Position numbers and translations under genes: made by a program. Below, piece by piece: positions 17,389 through 34,734 of a DNA stretch of 64,000 nucleotides. Source of the DNA: the human T2T-CHM13v2.0 reference genome, Homo sapiens; NCBI RefSeq assembly GCF_009914755.1, contig NC_060936.1; one strand, given 5' to 3'. How positions within the stretch are numbered: the stretch's first letter is position 1; the number at the start of each line of letters is the position of its first letter. The notes under the pieces were generated by a model, which ran no database searches, had not been told where the DNA came from, and saw only the letters and a list, made by a program, of their open reading frames with translations.

Positions 17389-17611
17389 TTTTTTTTTTTT
17401 TTTTTTTTTGAGACAGGGTCTCACTCTGTCACCTATGCTCAGGTGCAGTGACACAAACATGGATGAAGCCCAGCTAATTTTTTTTTTTTTTTTTGTAGAG
17501 ACTGTTTTGCCATGTTGCCCAGGCTGGTCTCTAACTCCTGGGCTCAGGTGATCTGCCCACCTTGGCCTTCAGAAGTGCTAGGATTACAGGTGTGAGCCAC
17601 CGAGCTGGCCC
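17389..17611 (-). mobile_element. AluJ with internal deletion
   Basis: Antisense Alu missing part of its right arm. Confidence 0.85.
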
Positions 17612-17744
17612 CAAAACTTTTTTAATGTTTAAGTTTTACCACTGTACTAAGGAGGAGTTACCCATTTTTTTAATTGCCTTTTTTCTTCCTTCTTATTAGG
17701 GAGGGGTAAGGAAGAAGACTTTGTCAGCAGAAAGCAGGTCTTAA

Positions 17745-19405
17745 TTGCTTTTTTGTTTGTTTGTTTTGTTGCTATTGAGTTGTTTGAGTTCCTTATATGT
17801 ATTGGATATTAAACCCTTGTCAGATGTCTGGCTTGCAAATGTTTTCTCCCATTCCATAGGCTGTCTCTTTACTCTGGTGATTATTTCCTTTGCTGTGCAG
17901 AAGCTTTTTAGTTTGTTTGTTTTAGCTACACGTCATGAACTAAGAAGCTTTTTAGTTTGATGTGATACCATTTGTCTATATTTAATTTTGTTGTCCATGC
18001 TTTCGGGATCAAATCCAAAATATCACTACCCACACCAATGTCTTATATGTTTCCCCTATGTTTTCTTTCTTTCTTTTCTTTCTTTCTCTCTCTCTCTTTC
18101 TTTCTTTCTTCTTGTAATCATTAGAGAAATGCAAATTAAAACCACAATAAGATATAATCTCTCACCTGTCACAACGTCTTAAAATGTTTATTATTATGTT
18201 TTTAATCATCCTGTACTTTATTTCAAAACAATGTTTTCAAATGAAGACACAAAAGATAAGTGTTGGTAAGGATGTAGAGCAAAGGAAACACTTGTACACT
18301 GTTGGTGGAAATGTAAATTGGTGTAGCCATTATGGAAAATGGTATGGAAATTCCACCCCCCCCCCCGAAAAAAAACTAAAAATAGAATTATATGATCTAG
18401 AAATCCCACTTCAGTGTATTAATGCAAAAGACTCGAAATCAGTTTGTGGAAGGGATATCTGCATTCCTATGTTCATTGCAACACTACGCACAATAGCCAA
18501 GTTAGGGAATCAATCTCTGTCTATCAACAGATGAATGGATTAAAAAAATGTATTGCATATACACGATGGAATACTATTCAGCCTTTAAAAAGAAGGACAT
18601 TCTGGCCAGGTGCAATGGCTCACACCTGTAATTCCAACACTTTAGGAGATCAAGGCAGGCAGATCACTTGAAGTCAGGAGTTTGAAACCAGCCTGGCCAA
18701 CATGGTGAAACCCCATCTCTACTAAAAATACAACAATTAGCTGGGTGTGATGATGCATGCCTGTAATCTCAGCTACTTGGGAGGCTGAGGCAGGAGAATG
18801 GCTTGAACCTTGGAGGCAGAGGTTTCAGTGAGCTGAGATGGCACTACTGCACTCCAGCCTGGGCGACAGAGTGAGACTCCATCTCAAAAAAAAAAAGGAA
18901 GGAAATCCTGAAATTTGTGACAACATTGATGAAATTGGAGAACATTATGCTAAGTGAAATAAGTCAGGGCTAGAAAGACAAATACCACATGTTCTCATAT
19001 ATATGTGGAGTTAAAACAATGAACTTATAGAAGTGGAGAGTAGAATTGTGGTGACAGAAGCTGGAGGAGGGGGAGATGGGGAGGTGATGAGCAAAGGGTA
19101 TACAATTTCAAACAGGGAGAATATGTTTTCTCTTTTTGTGCATTCTATTGCACAGCATGGTGAATATAGTTAATAGTAGAGTGCTGTACATTTCAAATTG
19201 CTAAGTAAACTTCAAATGTTCTTACCTCAAAGAAAGTTAAGTATTTGAGGTGATGGGTATGTTAACTAGCTTGACTGAATTATTTCATATGGCGTTCACA
19301 AATCATAACATCATTTTGTACCCCATAAATTTTTTCCCCACACAACTCTCTCTTTACAGAACCCATAAATATATACAATTATAGTCAATTTACAATAAAA
19401 AAGAA
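17745..19405 (+). mobile_element. L1M (MA/MB-like) with 5' inversion: minus segment 17745-18066, plus segment 18114-19405; AluS(+) inserted at 18604-18896
   Basis: ORF2 C-terminal remnants ([10 protein letters not shown]) and an L1M 3' UTR; inverted LCTAKE/YKELKQ segment upstream. Confidence 0.8.
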
Positions 19406-20193
19406 AAAAACTTTAGTGGGTATCTTGAGTCTGTATTTTCTCTGCACTTCCACTCATGATCTGTAACCATGTGGCATTCAACAGATGACAGCCTAAGGAA
19501 AATGCCACTTTCCTTAATGATAATAAAAATCTAAAGCTTACACCTCCTACAAATCCCCTTCGTGGTTGACGTTTTTCTTAGGTAGATCCAGGTGCTAATA
19601 TTTCTTGCTATCCTGCCACGAAGCCATAGGGAGGTGCTGTTGCCCTGGTATCTATCTGGCACATGGTCTCTTCCCTTGAACTAGCCCAGTGGAGACAGGC
19701 TAGAACAGTTAGAGAAGGAAAATAAAAAGACTTTATAAAGGCTAGATACCAGCAAATAGTAAACTCAGGCAGGGACCAGGATATAAGCAGTCTAGCTTGA
19801 AAGCTATGGCTTATTCTCCACATTTCACAAAGAACCCTGGAAATAAATGCTTTCTTTCTTCATGCTTGGCAGGTGACTGCATATGTCATTTGTATTACCA
19901 CAAGGCAGGAAAACTTTCCAGACTACATGGGCCATCTTCAGTCCAGGCCAAGAGCTCCCTGGGCCTGATCTCTGGGAGCTGTAGAATGTCCAGTGTCCTC
20001 TTTTCCTTCATGTCCCTCTCTTGTGTGCCCTACCTTCCCCAGGGACTCTGAGGAAAAGACATGATCAATCCAGAGTGACTGAGGGAAGGTGGACTTGATA
20101 TTGGCCGTCTCCAAGTGTAGTCTATTTCAATCCATGCTCATCTCAAAGCAGGACTGAGATTTACACCCATGCCCCCACAAAGAAAATGCCTTA

Positions 20194-20345
<152 letters not shown>

Positions 20346-21124
20346 ATAGCAACAACAGTGAAGTTAAAAAGAAACATAAGTTTTACCAAAGATTGAAAGG
20401 GGAAATGACCCCTGGACAATGGGAACTTGAAAAAAAATAATAAAAAAAAGAAAGGAGAAAGGGTAAAAAGGGTGTATCACACAAATCATTCAGCCAACAA
20501 CTTAATACAATTCCATCAACATTTAGTTCTCCCCATAGTTCCTCCTATAACCAATGCCAGCTTGAGGGGTTCATCTTGACAATTCTTCCCCAAAGCTCCC
20601 AGTCAGTTCTAACTCTCTTCCCTAGATTATACAGAGTTGCTTTCTCTCAGGCAGAAGCCTGGGCTCTGCCTTCAGTGCAAAAAGCGCTGACCAAAGCCCA
20701 TTTCTGTAAGCAGGTTCCTCCTTATAAAGACATGCTCATACCAGTGCTCAGAGATTAAAACCCTCTTCCTCTATTATGAAAAATGATGTCCTATTACAAA
20801 CAGGGTCATTCTTCCCTGCCATGGCATGTGCACCCACCTGCTAAGGACAAGGAAGGAAGACTTCCTAGTTTTATTCATGGCCCCTCAATCTCTAGTGTAT
20901 GGCACTCCATCCTCCATTTTGTCACTTTCATCTGGTTGAATGGCTCAGTTAAACTCTTCTCCACTGAGCTGGAGGTCTGAGAAGCAAACTTGACCTACTC
21001 ACTGTGCATCCCGTGGGCAGCTTCCCATTACTAGTTTTCTTGGCCCAGGTATTATGCATTAAACTTCTGCTTCCATGTGCTTCCTGTCAGTGCTTCCTTT
21101 ATTTTATTATTTTTGTAGACCTGA

Positions 21125-22775
<1,651 letters not shown>

Positions 22776-23575
22776 AGCACTTCTTTTAAATCACTGGATG
22801 CTCCTCTGAGCTCTGGTCCTGAAGCAGGTGGGCCTTCTGGTTGATTTATCCTTTTTTCTCCCTTCAGTTCTTCCTATTCATAGGCATAAGTGCCAAGGAT
22901 ATTTTTTTTTCCTCATCTCAGCCATCTGTTCTGTATAAAAAATACTCTATGGAGCAGCCCTACTCAAAGTCATCTTCCTTACTAAATTAAGGAAAAAGCC
23001 AAATGCATTAAGTGGAGGATGGCATTAATTATAATAAACTGAAAGACAGCTTCAATACGTGTCCTTCCTCTCTCCCACCCTCTATTCTTCCTTCCTATTC
23101 TTCTCCTGCTTTTCCTGTGCAAGGTAGATTATGCCACATCAGGGGTATCCAGTATGAAGTGAAAAAGCTTTTTAAATAAAAAAGAAATTAAAAAAAGAAA
23201 AGATCCTTTCAATGAATTCAGTGAATGTCATTAGTTATATGCTCATCTGCTTCCCACCACCCGCCTCGCCCCATTTTCTCCTTCCTTATTGCTAAGGTCT
23301 TCTAGTCTTCTCTCTGGGCCCTCTTGCCACTTCCCTGTCTCTTCTGGGTCCTCTCACCCTCTTCTGCCAAAGCCAACATCAAAGAGCTGTGCAGGGGGTG
23401 AAGTTAGCACACCAGGGAGAAGGGTGACAGGTAAGTTCCTCTTTGAGCCACTTTCTTAGCAGTAACAATGGCTAACATTTACTTGGCACTTTTATATGGC
23501 AGGCATTTTGCTAAGTACTTTCCATTTTCTATTCACAGCAATCCTATAAAGTATGTGTTCCTTTTATTTTCATTT

Positions 23576-23870
<295 letters not shown>

Positions 23871-24000
23871 TTAAATTGAATTAAATAATAAAAATCCACT
23901 AAGAATGCCTTGAGGCATATGCTACTTTCATGTTTTTTTACATTTTAATTTTGACTGGAGTCTTGCATTTGTCTTTTTTTAATTTTAATTTTGACTGCTT

Positions 24001-24596
<596 letters not shown>

Positions 24597-24994
24597 TGCT
24601 ACTTTCATGTAAACAATTTCCTATGATTTCCAAGATTCAAATCCCCTAATTCTAGGTTTTTAAAGGTAGAGTATATCTAAGTTGAAATCATTCTAAGGCT
24701 CCTGCTGGCTAGCATCAGATGGATAACAGCCTGGTTTAGACTTAGCTTCTAATTTTTTTCAAGGGGTATAATAAATATAAAGTGCACTAATATTTACTGT
24801 ATATTGTGATTGATGTATACACCCATATAACCAACATCCAGACCAAAATACAGAATATTCCTAGCACCTTCTAATGTTCCCTCACGTTGTTTTCCAATCT
24901 ATACCCACCTTCTTCACTATCACATAAGTGAATTCATATAGTATGTAGTGTTAAGACTCCCTTTCAAAAAAAAAATCTTTTAAATATTTGGTAG

Positions 24995-25348
<354 letters not shown>

Positions 25349-25363
25349 TTTAAAAAAAAATAA

Positions 25364-25735
<372 letters not shown>

Positions 25736-25739
25736 TAAA

Positions 25740-26735
25740 AATTGGTCTTTGTTCTTCTTTCTTGGCATGCAGCTCCTAAAACCCTTCAAATTTCCCTGAG
25801 TGATAGGAGTATCTTTTTTATTTTATTTGATTTTTAGGAAGGTCTTGCTCTGTCACCCAGGCTGGAGTGCCATGGCCTGATCACGGCTCACTGCAGCCTG
25901 CCTTTGTCTCCCAGGTTCAAGCAATCCTCCCACCTCAGCCTCTTGAATACTTGAGACTACCGGCATGTGCTACCACGCCCAGCTCGTTGTTTATTTTTTT
26001 AGTAGACACAGGTCTTCCTATGTTGCCTAGACTGGCTTTGAACCCCTGGTCTCAAGCAATCCTCTGGTTTCAGCCTCCCAAAGTGCTGAGATTACAGGCA
26101 TGAGCCACCATGCCCTAGCAAGGGAGTATCTTTTACTATTTTTAACAAGTCCCCTTTTACCACATGAAATTTATGCTAATGAGATGACTTAGGGTGGGGC
26201 CTCTAGATAGCCTAAGGATGGGGTGTGTCCCAGAAAGAGCCGGTGATTAAAGGGTGTGAATTTTCAGCCCCACCTACAGACCTGTGGGAAGGAGATGGAG
26301 ATGAGATTGAGCTCTTTTTTTTTTTTTAATTTTTTAATTTTTTTTTTTTGAGAAAGAGTCTCACTCTGTCACCCAGGCTGGAGTGCAGTGGGGTGATCTT
26401 GGCTCACTGCAACCTCCACCTCCTAGGTTCAAGCAATTCTCCTGACTCAGCCTCCTGAGTAGCTGGGACTACAGGCACCCGCCACCACACCTGGCTAATT
26501 TTCGTATTTTACTAGAGATGGGCTTTTGCCATGTTGGCCAGGCTGGTCTCGAACTCCTGACCTCAAGTGATCCACCCGCCTCGGCCTCCCAAAGTGCTGA
26601 GATTACAGGTGTGTGCTGAGATTACAGGTGTGAGCCACCATGCCAAGCCAGAGATTGAGCTCTTTAGAAACTCTTGAACAATGAGACCGGGAAAGCTTCA
26701 GCCTGGCGAAGACATGGACTTGCTGGAAGAGTGAT
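25740..26735 (+). mobile_element. MER21C-like LTR fragment interrupted by AluJ(-) 25815-26120 and AluS(-) 26315-26650
   Basis: gctcctaaaacccttc..tttccctgagtgatagg, tttatgctaatgagatgac; Alu TSDs GGAGTATCTTTT and GAGATTGAGCTCTTT. Confidence 0.75.
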
Positions 26736-27247
26736 GTTAAATTAAACAGCTGGTCTCTATTGTTTCAGGTGTCCCAAATTCCTTCTAGATGTCCAGAATA
26801 AATTATAGGAATTTGGACCAATTGAACAAGTGGGCAGTGTTAGTGCTTGTTCAGACACCTGGTCACTTTGAGGATTTGTTAAGACACAGTCAGGTGTCCA
26901 GTTGATGTACATGTGGGTTGGGGGACCCTCTTAAGGTGTGAAAATATGGATCCAGGAGTCTGTTACAACTCCAGGTTTCAGTGGGCACTGAGATCCCCTA
27001 TTAAGACATTATTAAGAACTGTATTTCTTAACGTTTCTTGACCACAAATCTAAGCTCAAGATACCTTAGATTTGCCCTTGCAATATGAAGAAAAAGTGTT
27101 TTGAGTTTGGTGGATGGCTGCCTCTCTAATTTAGGCCTGGATGGATTTTAAGGGCATGGATAGATTCAAGAGAGAAAGAGGACTGCAGGTAGGGATTGGG
27201 TGTGCTTTGCTGTGGTTGTGTGAAATAGAGTACTTCAATAATTTTCT

Positions 27248-27510
27248 GGCCAGGCACAGTGGCTCACAGTTGTAATCTTAGCACTTTGGGAGGCCAAGAC
27301 CAGCCTGGCCAACACGGCAAAACTCCGTCTCTACTAAAAATACAAAAATTAGCTGGGTGTGTTGATGCTTGCCTATAATCCTAGCTACTTGAGAGGCTGA
27401 GGCACGAGAATCACTCGAACCCAGGAGGTGGAGGTTGCAGTGATTGGGGCTCATGCCACTGCACTCTAGCCTGGGTGACAGAGCAAGACTCTGTCTCAAA
27501 AATACAAAAA
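27248..27510 (+). mobile_element. AluS with left-arm deletion
   Basis: gaggccaag joined to accagcctgg. Confidence 0.88.
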
Positions 27511-27929
27511 TAAATTTTCTGTCAGGGGCAGTCCCAACTTACTCCAGTCATGAATAAAGAGCTGAAAGTGGAAGATGAATCTGTAGCATCCAGGTTTCTC
27601 AGCCGTGGACCACATGATTAAAAACCCAAAAATAGAGTACCACATGAATATGTTATGTAACATATTCATGGTGATCTTGAGCCAATAATTGGTGCCAGAG
27701 AAGTAGATGTGGTTCAAATAAGAGATATTTGCAATTTGTGCAAGAACAAAGCGTTGCAAAATGTTTGGATTAGCTGTCAGAGGTAGCTTTATTCTCTACA
27801 GCTGTAGGAACTAGTGAAGATTCTCTTTGACAAGTAAACCCATCTGGGATCTGTAGTGATGAATTAATCAATGAAAGCCTGATGAGTCCACATGCAGCTC
27901 AAGTAAGCAAACCAAATTTCTTATAATAA

Positions 27930-28276
<347 letters not shown>

Positions 28277-28439
28277 TGATGTAAGCGAACAACAAGTTTT
28301 TATATAACCAGCATGTTTTACACAAGCAGTTAAATTCTAGCAAGTCATGTGGTGAAAGATCACATTTACAAGCTTTGCAGTCAGAATGCTATTTCTTGGA
28401 ATACTTTGTTTCTTCTCATTAACTCAGTAAAAGCAAGAA

Positions 28440-28965
28440 GATTGGTTAGGATACTGTGAGCATGACGTAACAAAAAAATTCTGACATGAACTGGTTTAAA
28501 CAATAAAATTTATTATGCCGCTGACCAAGAAGTCCAAAGGAAGAGTGGGCTACAACCGTGATACATTCTTGCTCTGCCTTCAGTTTTAGTTGAGTCCTTG
28601 GTCTCTTCTTCTTGCCACTGGCCTTATCTTCACACTACAGTTCCAGATACATCTCAACACAGCAATGTTCAGGGGCAGAAAGGGTCGTTTCTTCCAGGGT
28701 CTCCTTTGTGGCCATAAGGAAACCACCTAGAGCCCCCCAGAACACATCTCCTCATGTCTTGGTGGCCAGACCTGGGTCTCATGCTCAGCACTGAGTCAAT
28801 CACTGGCAAGAAGGGGACAGCTGTGACTGATTCAAACCAAATAGGATTTCTCTCTGGAGGAGAGAGGTCACTGTAGGAGAGGACAAACACCTGAATAAAA
28901 TGAGTTTTTCTTGGAAGGAGAAAGGGAGTAGTGGATATTGAGTAGGAAACCAACAACTTTTGCTC
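28440..28965. mobile_element. Old ERVL/MaLR LTR (LTR33/MLT1-like)
   Basis: ctggtttaaacaataaaatttatt...aagaagtcca..., tggccagacctgggtc.catgc...aatcactggcaag. Confidence 0.5.
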
Positions 28966-29255
28966 TAGTGCACCTCTTTGCCCACGTTTTCTGAAAACAC
29001 TTAAAAGATGTTCATGTCTTTGTGGAAATTATTCAAATACTCTAAGGAATGGCAACCCTAAGTCTCATGGGGTCACTACCTCCAAGCCCAGGATTGCGGT
29101 GTAACGTTCAGTTGTCTCCTCTGATCCATGACTGAATCCAGCAGCACAGCAGTCCTGCAATAGACTATATAACAATATAAAGTCTGATCTGGAAAGGGGA
29201 GGAGCAGAAAACAACTCCCACTTGTCTATAACGCATATTAACACGTATCTTATCC

Positions 29256-29627
29256 AAGAAAATGTGGGTCATATACACCATGGAATAGTATGCAGCCACA
29301 AAAAAAGAAACAAAATCATGTCCTTTGCAGCAACATAGATGCAGCTGGAGGCCACTATACTAATTAACACAGAAACAGAAAAGCAAATACCGCATGTTCT
29401 ACTTCTAAGTGGGAGTTAAACAATAGCTACTCATGGACATAAAGATGGCAACAGTAGCCACTGGGGACTACTAGAGTGGGAGGCAGGGAAGGGGGTAAGG
29501 GTTGAAAAACTACTTATTGGGAATTATGCTCACTACCTGGTTGACAGGATCATTAATTCCCAAAACCTCTTCATCACACAATATACCCTTGTAACAAACC
29601 TGCACATGTAATGTACTCCCTGAATCT
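29256..29627 (+). mobile_element. L1PB-like 3' end, followed by a deleted Alu(-) at 29628-29838
   Basis: atacaccatggaatagtatgcagcc...gtaacaaacctgcacatgta. Confidence 0.85.
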
Positions 29628-30239
29628 TTTATTTATTTATTATTTATTTATTTATTGAGACAGAGTCTTGTTCTATTGCCCAGGCTGGAGTGCAGTCTGG
29701 CTAATTATTGTATTTTTTGTAGAGACAGAGTTTTGCCATGTTGGCCAAGCTAGCTTCAAACTCCTGAGCTCAGGTGATCTGCCCTCCTTGGCCTCCCAAC
29801 GTGCTGGGATTACAGGTGTGAGCCACTGTGCCCAGCCCTGAATCTCAATAGAAGTTGAAATTATAAATAAGCAAGCAAGTAAGTAAGTAAATAAAACACA
29901 TGTTTTGTAAGTAAATAAGTAAAACACATGTCTTATCCAACATCACACGAGTGGTGAGATTCCTGCCTGGGAGCGGACGTTCTTTAGTCATCCCCTCAGG
30001 CTGGCCCTATTTCCACTCTCTTCAGGGAATACTCTTTATCATATCCTCCATGGGCCCTGGCCCTGCTTCTGCCTTTTGGGATAATTTTCCTGTTTATGGT
30101 TTTCTATGGCACTCTCTGAGATGGACATTAGAAAGATGTTTTTCTTGGTGCTGTATAGCAATATGTTCATATGCGTTCAGGGGTTTGGGACTGCCAGTTC
30201 TACATTTTGGCATTTGCTACTGACAACACCCTTCTTCCT

Positions 30240-30800
30240 GGGTGCTGAATTTTGAAGCAGTAAACTTTCCTGTTTGTAACTAACTGAAATCAGCTTTGCC
30301 TCACTTAGGTGCAAAGGGAACTTGCTGAATGGTATTAGATGGCTTACGGAATCTCTGAGAAGGCTAGAGAACATGCAGTCAGACAAAGCCCTGAACCACA
30401 CCAAAGATCTATTCAAGAGAAGACATCATTGTCCCTGTTACCAACCCCTAGTTGCCTCTAGTTTATGTCACTCAGACATCACTGAACAGAACTAGCATAT
30501 CATCCACAGTGTCGTGGCTGCGCCCAGAAGCTCTCTGGCTGCAACTGCCATTGTGTTCAGAGATGGTTCTCCATCATCCCTGTCTCTTGACATCCCTAAC
30601 CTCCCATTCAAATTCTTGGGGAGGGGGCTTCTGATTGGCTGAGGTTTCCCTGCTTCTTCTCGATATCCCTATCACCCATTCAAATTCTAGAGGAAGGGGC
30701 TTCTGATTGGCTGAGGCTAAGTCAGGAGCCCATGTTTGGCTGTGAAGAAAACTAGAAAATTGATTATCTGGAACTCTCAACTCTTATACTGGGAGACTGT
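30240..30800. mobile_element. Old ERVL LTR (LTR33-like)
   Basis: gtttgtaac.aactgaaatcagctttg.., ctgattggctgaggctaagtca. Confidence 0.5.
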
Positions 30801-31309
30801 TTCTTCTTCCTACCAAGACACAAGGTCAAGAATTCCCCAAACATAGGAAGGAGTTCAGATGCTGGGCAGCCAAAAAAATGACAAACGTTTATTAGATTTT
30901 TTAAACCGTAACAACAAGGATCACAGCATGTATAGTTTAATTCTAAAGACCTTTGCCCCACCTGGCTAATCTCCAAAAATACTGTTTGTTCTTAGTACTT
31001 CTGTGGTCATAGGAATTTAAATAGCTCCTAAACAACTTTTCCTTATCTTTCTGAGAGGGCAATTTCAGCACGGTATTTAAATTCTCCAAATAGCAAGTAA
31101 AATTGTAACTTACATTTCTGTAACTGAAGCTAGTCTAAAAAAATTAAAGTGTGCAATTTCTAACTTTCTCAATATAGAGGCTTTCTTTATATGGTTTCCT
31201 TCTTCCAGGAAGCTCTTATCATATTCCGGTTTTATGATTTAATTTCACTAAAATTAAGTTTGAAGAGCTCAAAATAATGCAATCAACCAGTTACAATTAT
31301 AGAAGATAA

Positions 31310-31700
31310 TTGATGCTGCCTCTTTGCCCAGGAGCACTTTCTGGCTGCCAGAGCTCACTTTGAGGACTTGAGGGGTACCTTGGAAGTACTCAGGTTTTAA
31401 TGTCCCCTTGGGGGTTGTTCTTAATCAATGACAACTGGGAGTGGTAGACACATGCCTCTGTTTCTTCACCCTTAGTTGGGATAATTCTGAGACATGTTCT
31501 ACACGGTTTCCCCAGAATTACCCAGTAGGACCGAGTTCCAGTAACCTGCTGGATAACTTGCCTTCAATTGACTTTCTTCTCTTCTCCATCTTACTTCCCT
31601 ACTCTCCTACTGATGCTTCCTGGACCACCTCTTAAAAACTAACATTCACATTCTTGTCTCAGTGTCTGCTTCTGAGGGTGAAGGAGAACCCAACATAAAC
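31310..31700 (+). mobile_element. LTR16-type ERVL LTR
   Basis: gggataattctgagacatgttctacac...cttgtctcagtgtctgcttctg...gaacccaac. Confidence 0.7.
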
Positions 31701-33254
31701 CATTAACTGAATCAAGTTACTTATGACACTCAGTTGATCAATTATAAATAAGAGCAGTGGTCAGGTAGTCAGAGCTTAGTAGACTACTAGCATGTTTGCT
31801 AACTGACTCTCTCTGTCTCTTTCAGGCAAGCTACACCATGATCAGGGTGGGTGTTAACAGCTCCATTTTATAAATGGAGCAACTGGTGCTGGAAGAATTT
31901 TAATATCTTTTCTAAATTCATACAGCTAACGAGTCAATTTGAACTCAGGTTTCATTGTCAATTTGAATTCAGGTCCATCTAATTATTTCTACTATTCCAC
32001 CCTACTCACTGACTAAGGACTATCTAAGGAATGCATTCCTGTAGGTTCTCCACCTGCAGCAATGTCAGATCTCCATAACATTATCATTTGCCAAAAAGCC
32101 TTTGCTAAGTTTATTCAATGTTATTAGCAAAAATCATATGCAAAATAACTGCCTCCTCTCTGTCACTGTTAATGGGAGTATACATTAGTACAACCTTTGG
32201 AGGACAACATGGCAATTATTTTTTAAACCTGTATTTCAGGTGCAGGGGTACATGTGCAGGTTTGTTATATAGGTAAACTTGTGTCCCAGGGGTTTCTCTC
32301 CCTTCTCATTTTGGAACTTCTAATTGGTAGACCTAATGAATTGACTGTAGAAGTCTTATCATTGTTATTCTCTTTTTGTATTTCTTCTACTTTCTGGGAG
32401 ACTTTTTTCAACTTCTTCTTCCAATTCCTCATTTAAAGTTTATTTTAGCTATTATATTTTTAGCTTCCAAGTGTTTTATCTTGTTTTCTGGTTGTTTCAT
32501 TTTCATTATATCTTGTTTTTATTCTATGAAAGCATTATCCTTTATATCTGTAAGTTATTAATTACATATGTAGCTTTAAGTTTTCTTCTATTTCCAGTAT
32601 AATCTTTCTTTCCAAGCCCCTCCTTTACTTCATGTTTTTCCTACTTGCTTTCCCCTCTCTTTTATGTTTGTTACTTTCTTCAACTGTCTATTGATTCTTG
32701 TCTCTTTACTAATGTGTAAGTGTGAGGCACTGAAAGGCATTTACGGATAGAACTTGCTGACTATGGGGTCCATTTTAAGATGATATAGTTGGGAGCAGGA
32801 TATTTTGGAGGGAACCCAAATATCATCACATGGAGAAAAATCTTTCTTAGAAGAATATTCCAGTCTCTTGACTGGAGGGGCATATGCTTGGTTCCTGAGG
32901 TTTTCAGAGCAGATTGAATAAGAATCTGAGGCTCCTACCATTCAATAAGCAGATGTTCACTAATCTTCATGTTTTCAGGTTCATACTTCACTTTGCCCTC
33001 CAACCTAAACTGGAGCCATTCTGATTCAAGTTATCTACATAATAAAACTGATCTCCTAGGAGATGAAATAGTTACCTTTTGGGATAGTGGACTTAGGGAT
33101 GTATTTGCTCCACTTAAAAATTTACAACCAAGGACCCTATTTTCAACCCTACATTGACCTCTGTTTTCCATGATTCTTGGTGCCCTCAAATTCCAGACTT
33201 CTTAGTTTGGAAAATCAACTTTGCTCTTAAGTTTCCCCTTCTGTGAATACATAG

Positions 33255-34028
<774 letters not shown>

Positions 34029-34281
34029 TAGGCTGTGAATGATACTATTTCCTCCAGAAAGGATTTATCTTAGCTTTAATCTCAATTAAAGGACAGATTA
34101 GGAGTAGATCACCTTATGCAGTCAGAGACCGAGCTAATTCAAGACAGTCTTTATAGTTTATAAAGACTAAAACCTATTTCCCTTTTTACACTATCTCCTG
34201 GGGGGATATCCCTGCCCATATATTATATTTAAATTTAAAGATTCTACTTTAAAAAGTCTGTTATATGATTTTTAAAAATTT

Positions 34282-34575
34282 TCTTTTTTTGAGACAGTCT
34301 CACACTGTCCCCCAGGCTGGAGTGCAGTGGCAAGATCTTGGCTTGCTGCAACTTCTGCTTCCTGGGTTCAAGCAATTCTCCTGCCTCAGCCTCCTGAGTA
34401 GCTGGGATTACAGGTGTGCACAACCACATCCGGCTAATTTTTAAAAATATTTTCAGTGGAGATGGGGTTTCACCATGTTGGCCAGACTGGTATCAAACTC
34501 CTGACCTCAGGTGATCTGCCTGTCTCAGCCCCCCAAAGTGTTGGGATTACAGGCGTGAGCCATTAAACACAGCCT
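34282..34575 (-). mobile_element. AluS
   Basis: TSD TGATTTTTAAAAATT. Confidence 0.9.
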
Positions 34576-34734
34576 GATTTTTAAAAATTAATAAGATGAG
34601 AAATTTGTAAACTTAGACTTCTAAAATTATATTTACTTCCCAGGGGTAAGAAGAAATGTATCATATTTTGGGAACATGGTGTTAAGCTACAGAATTAACA
34701 TGGTACTTTATTTTGGAGAACAAATTTTACTCCA

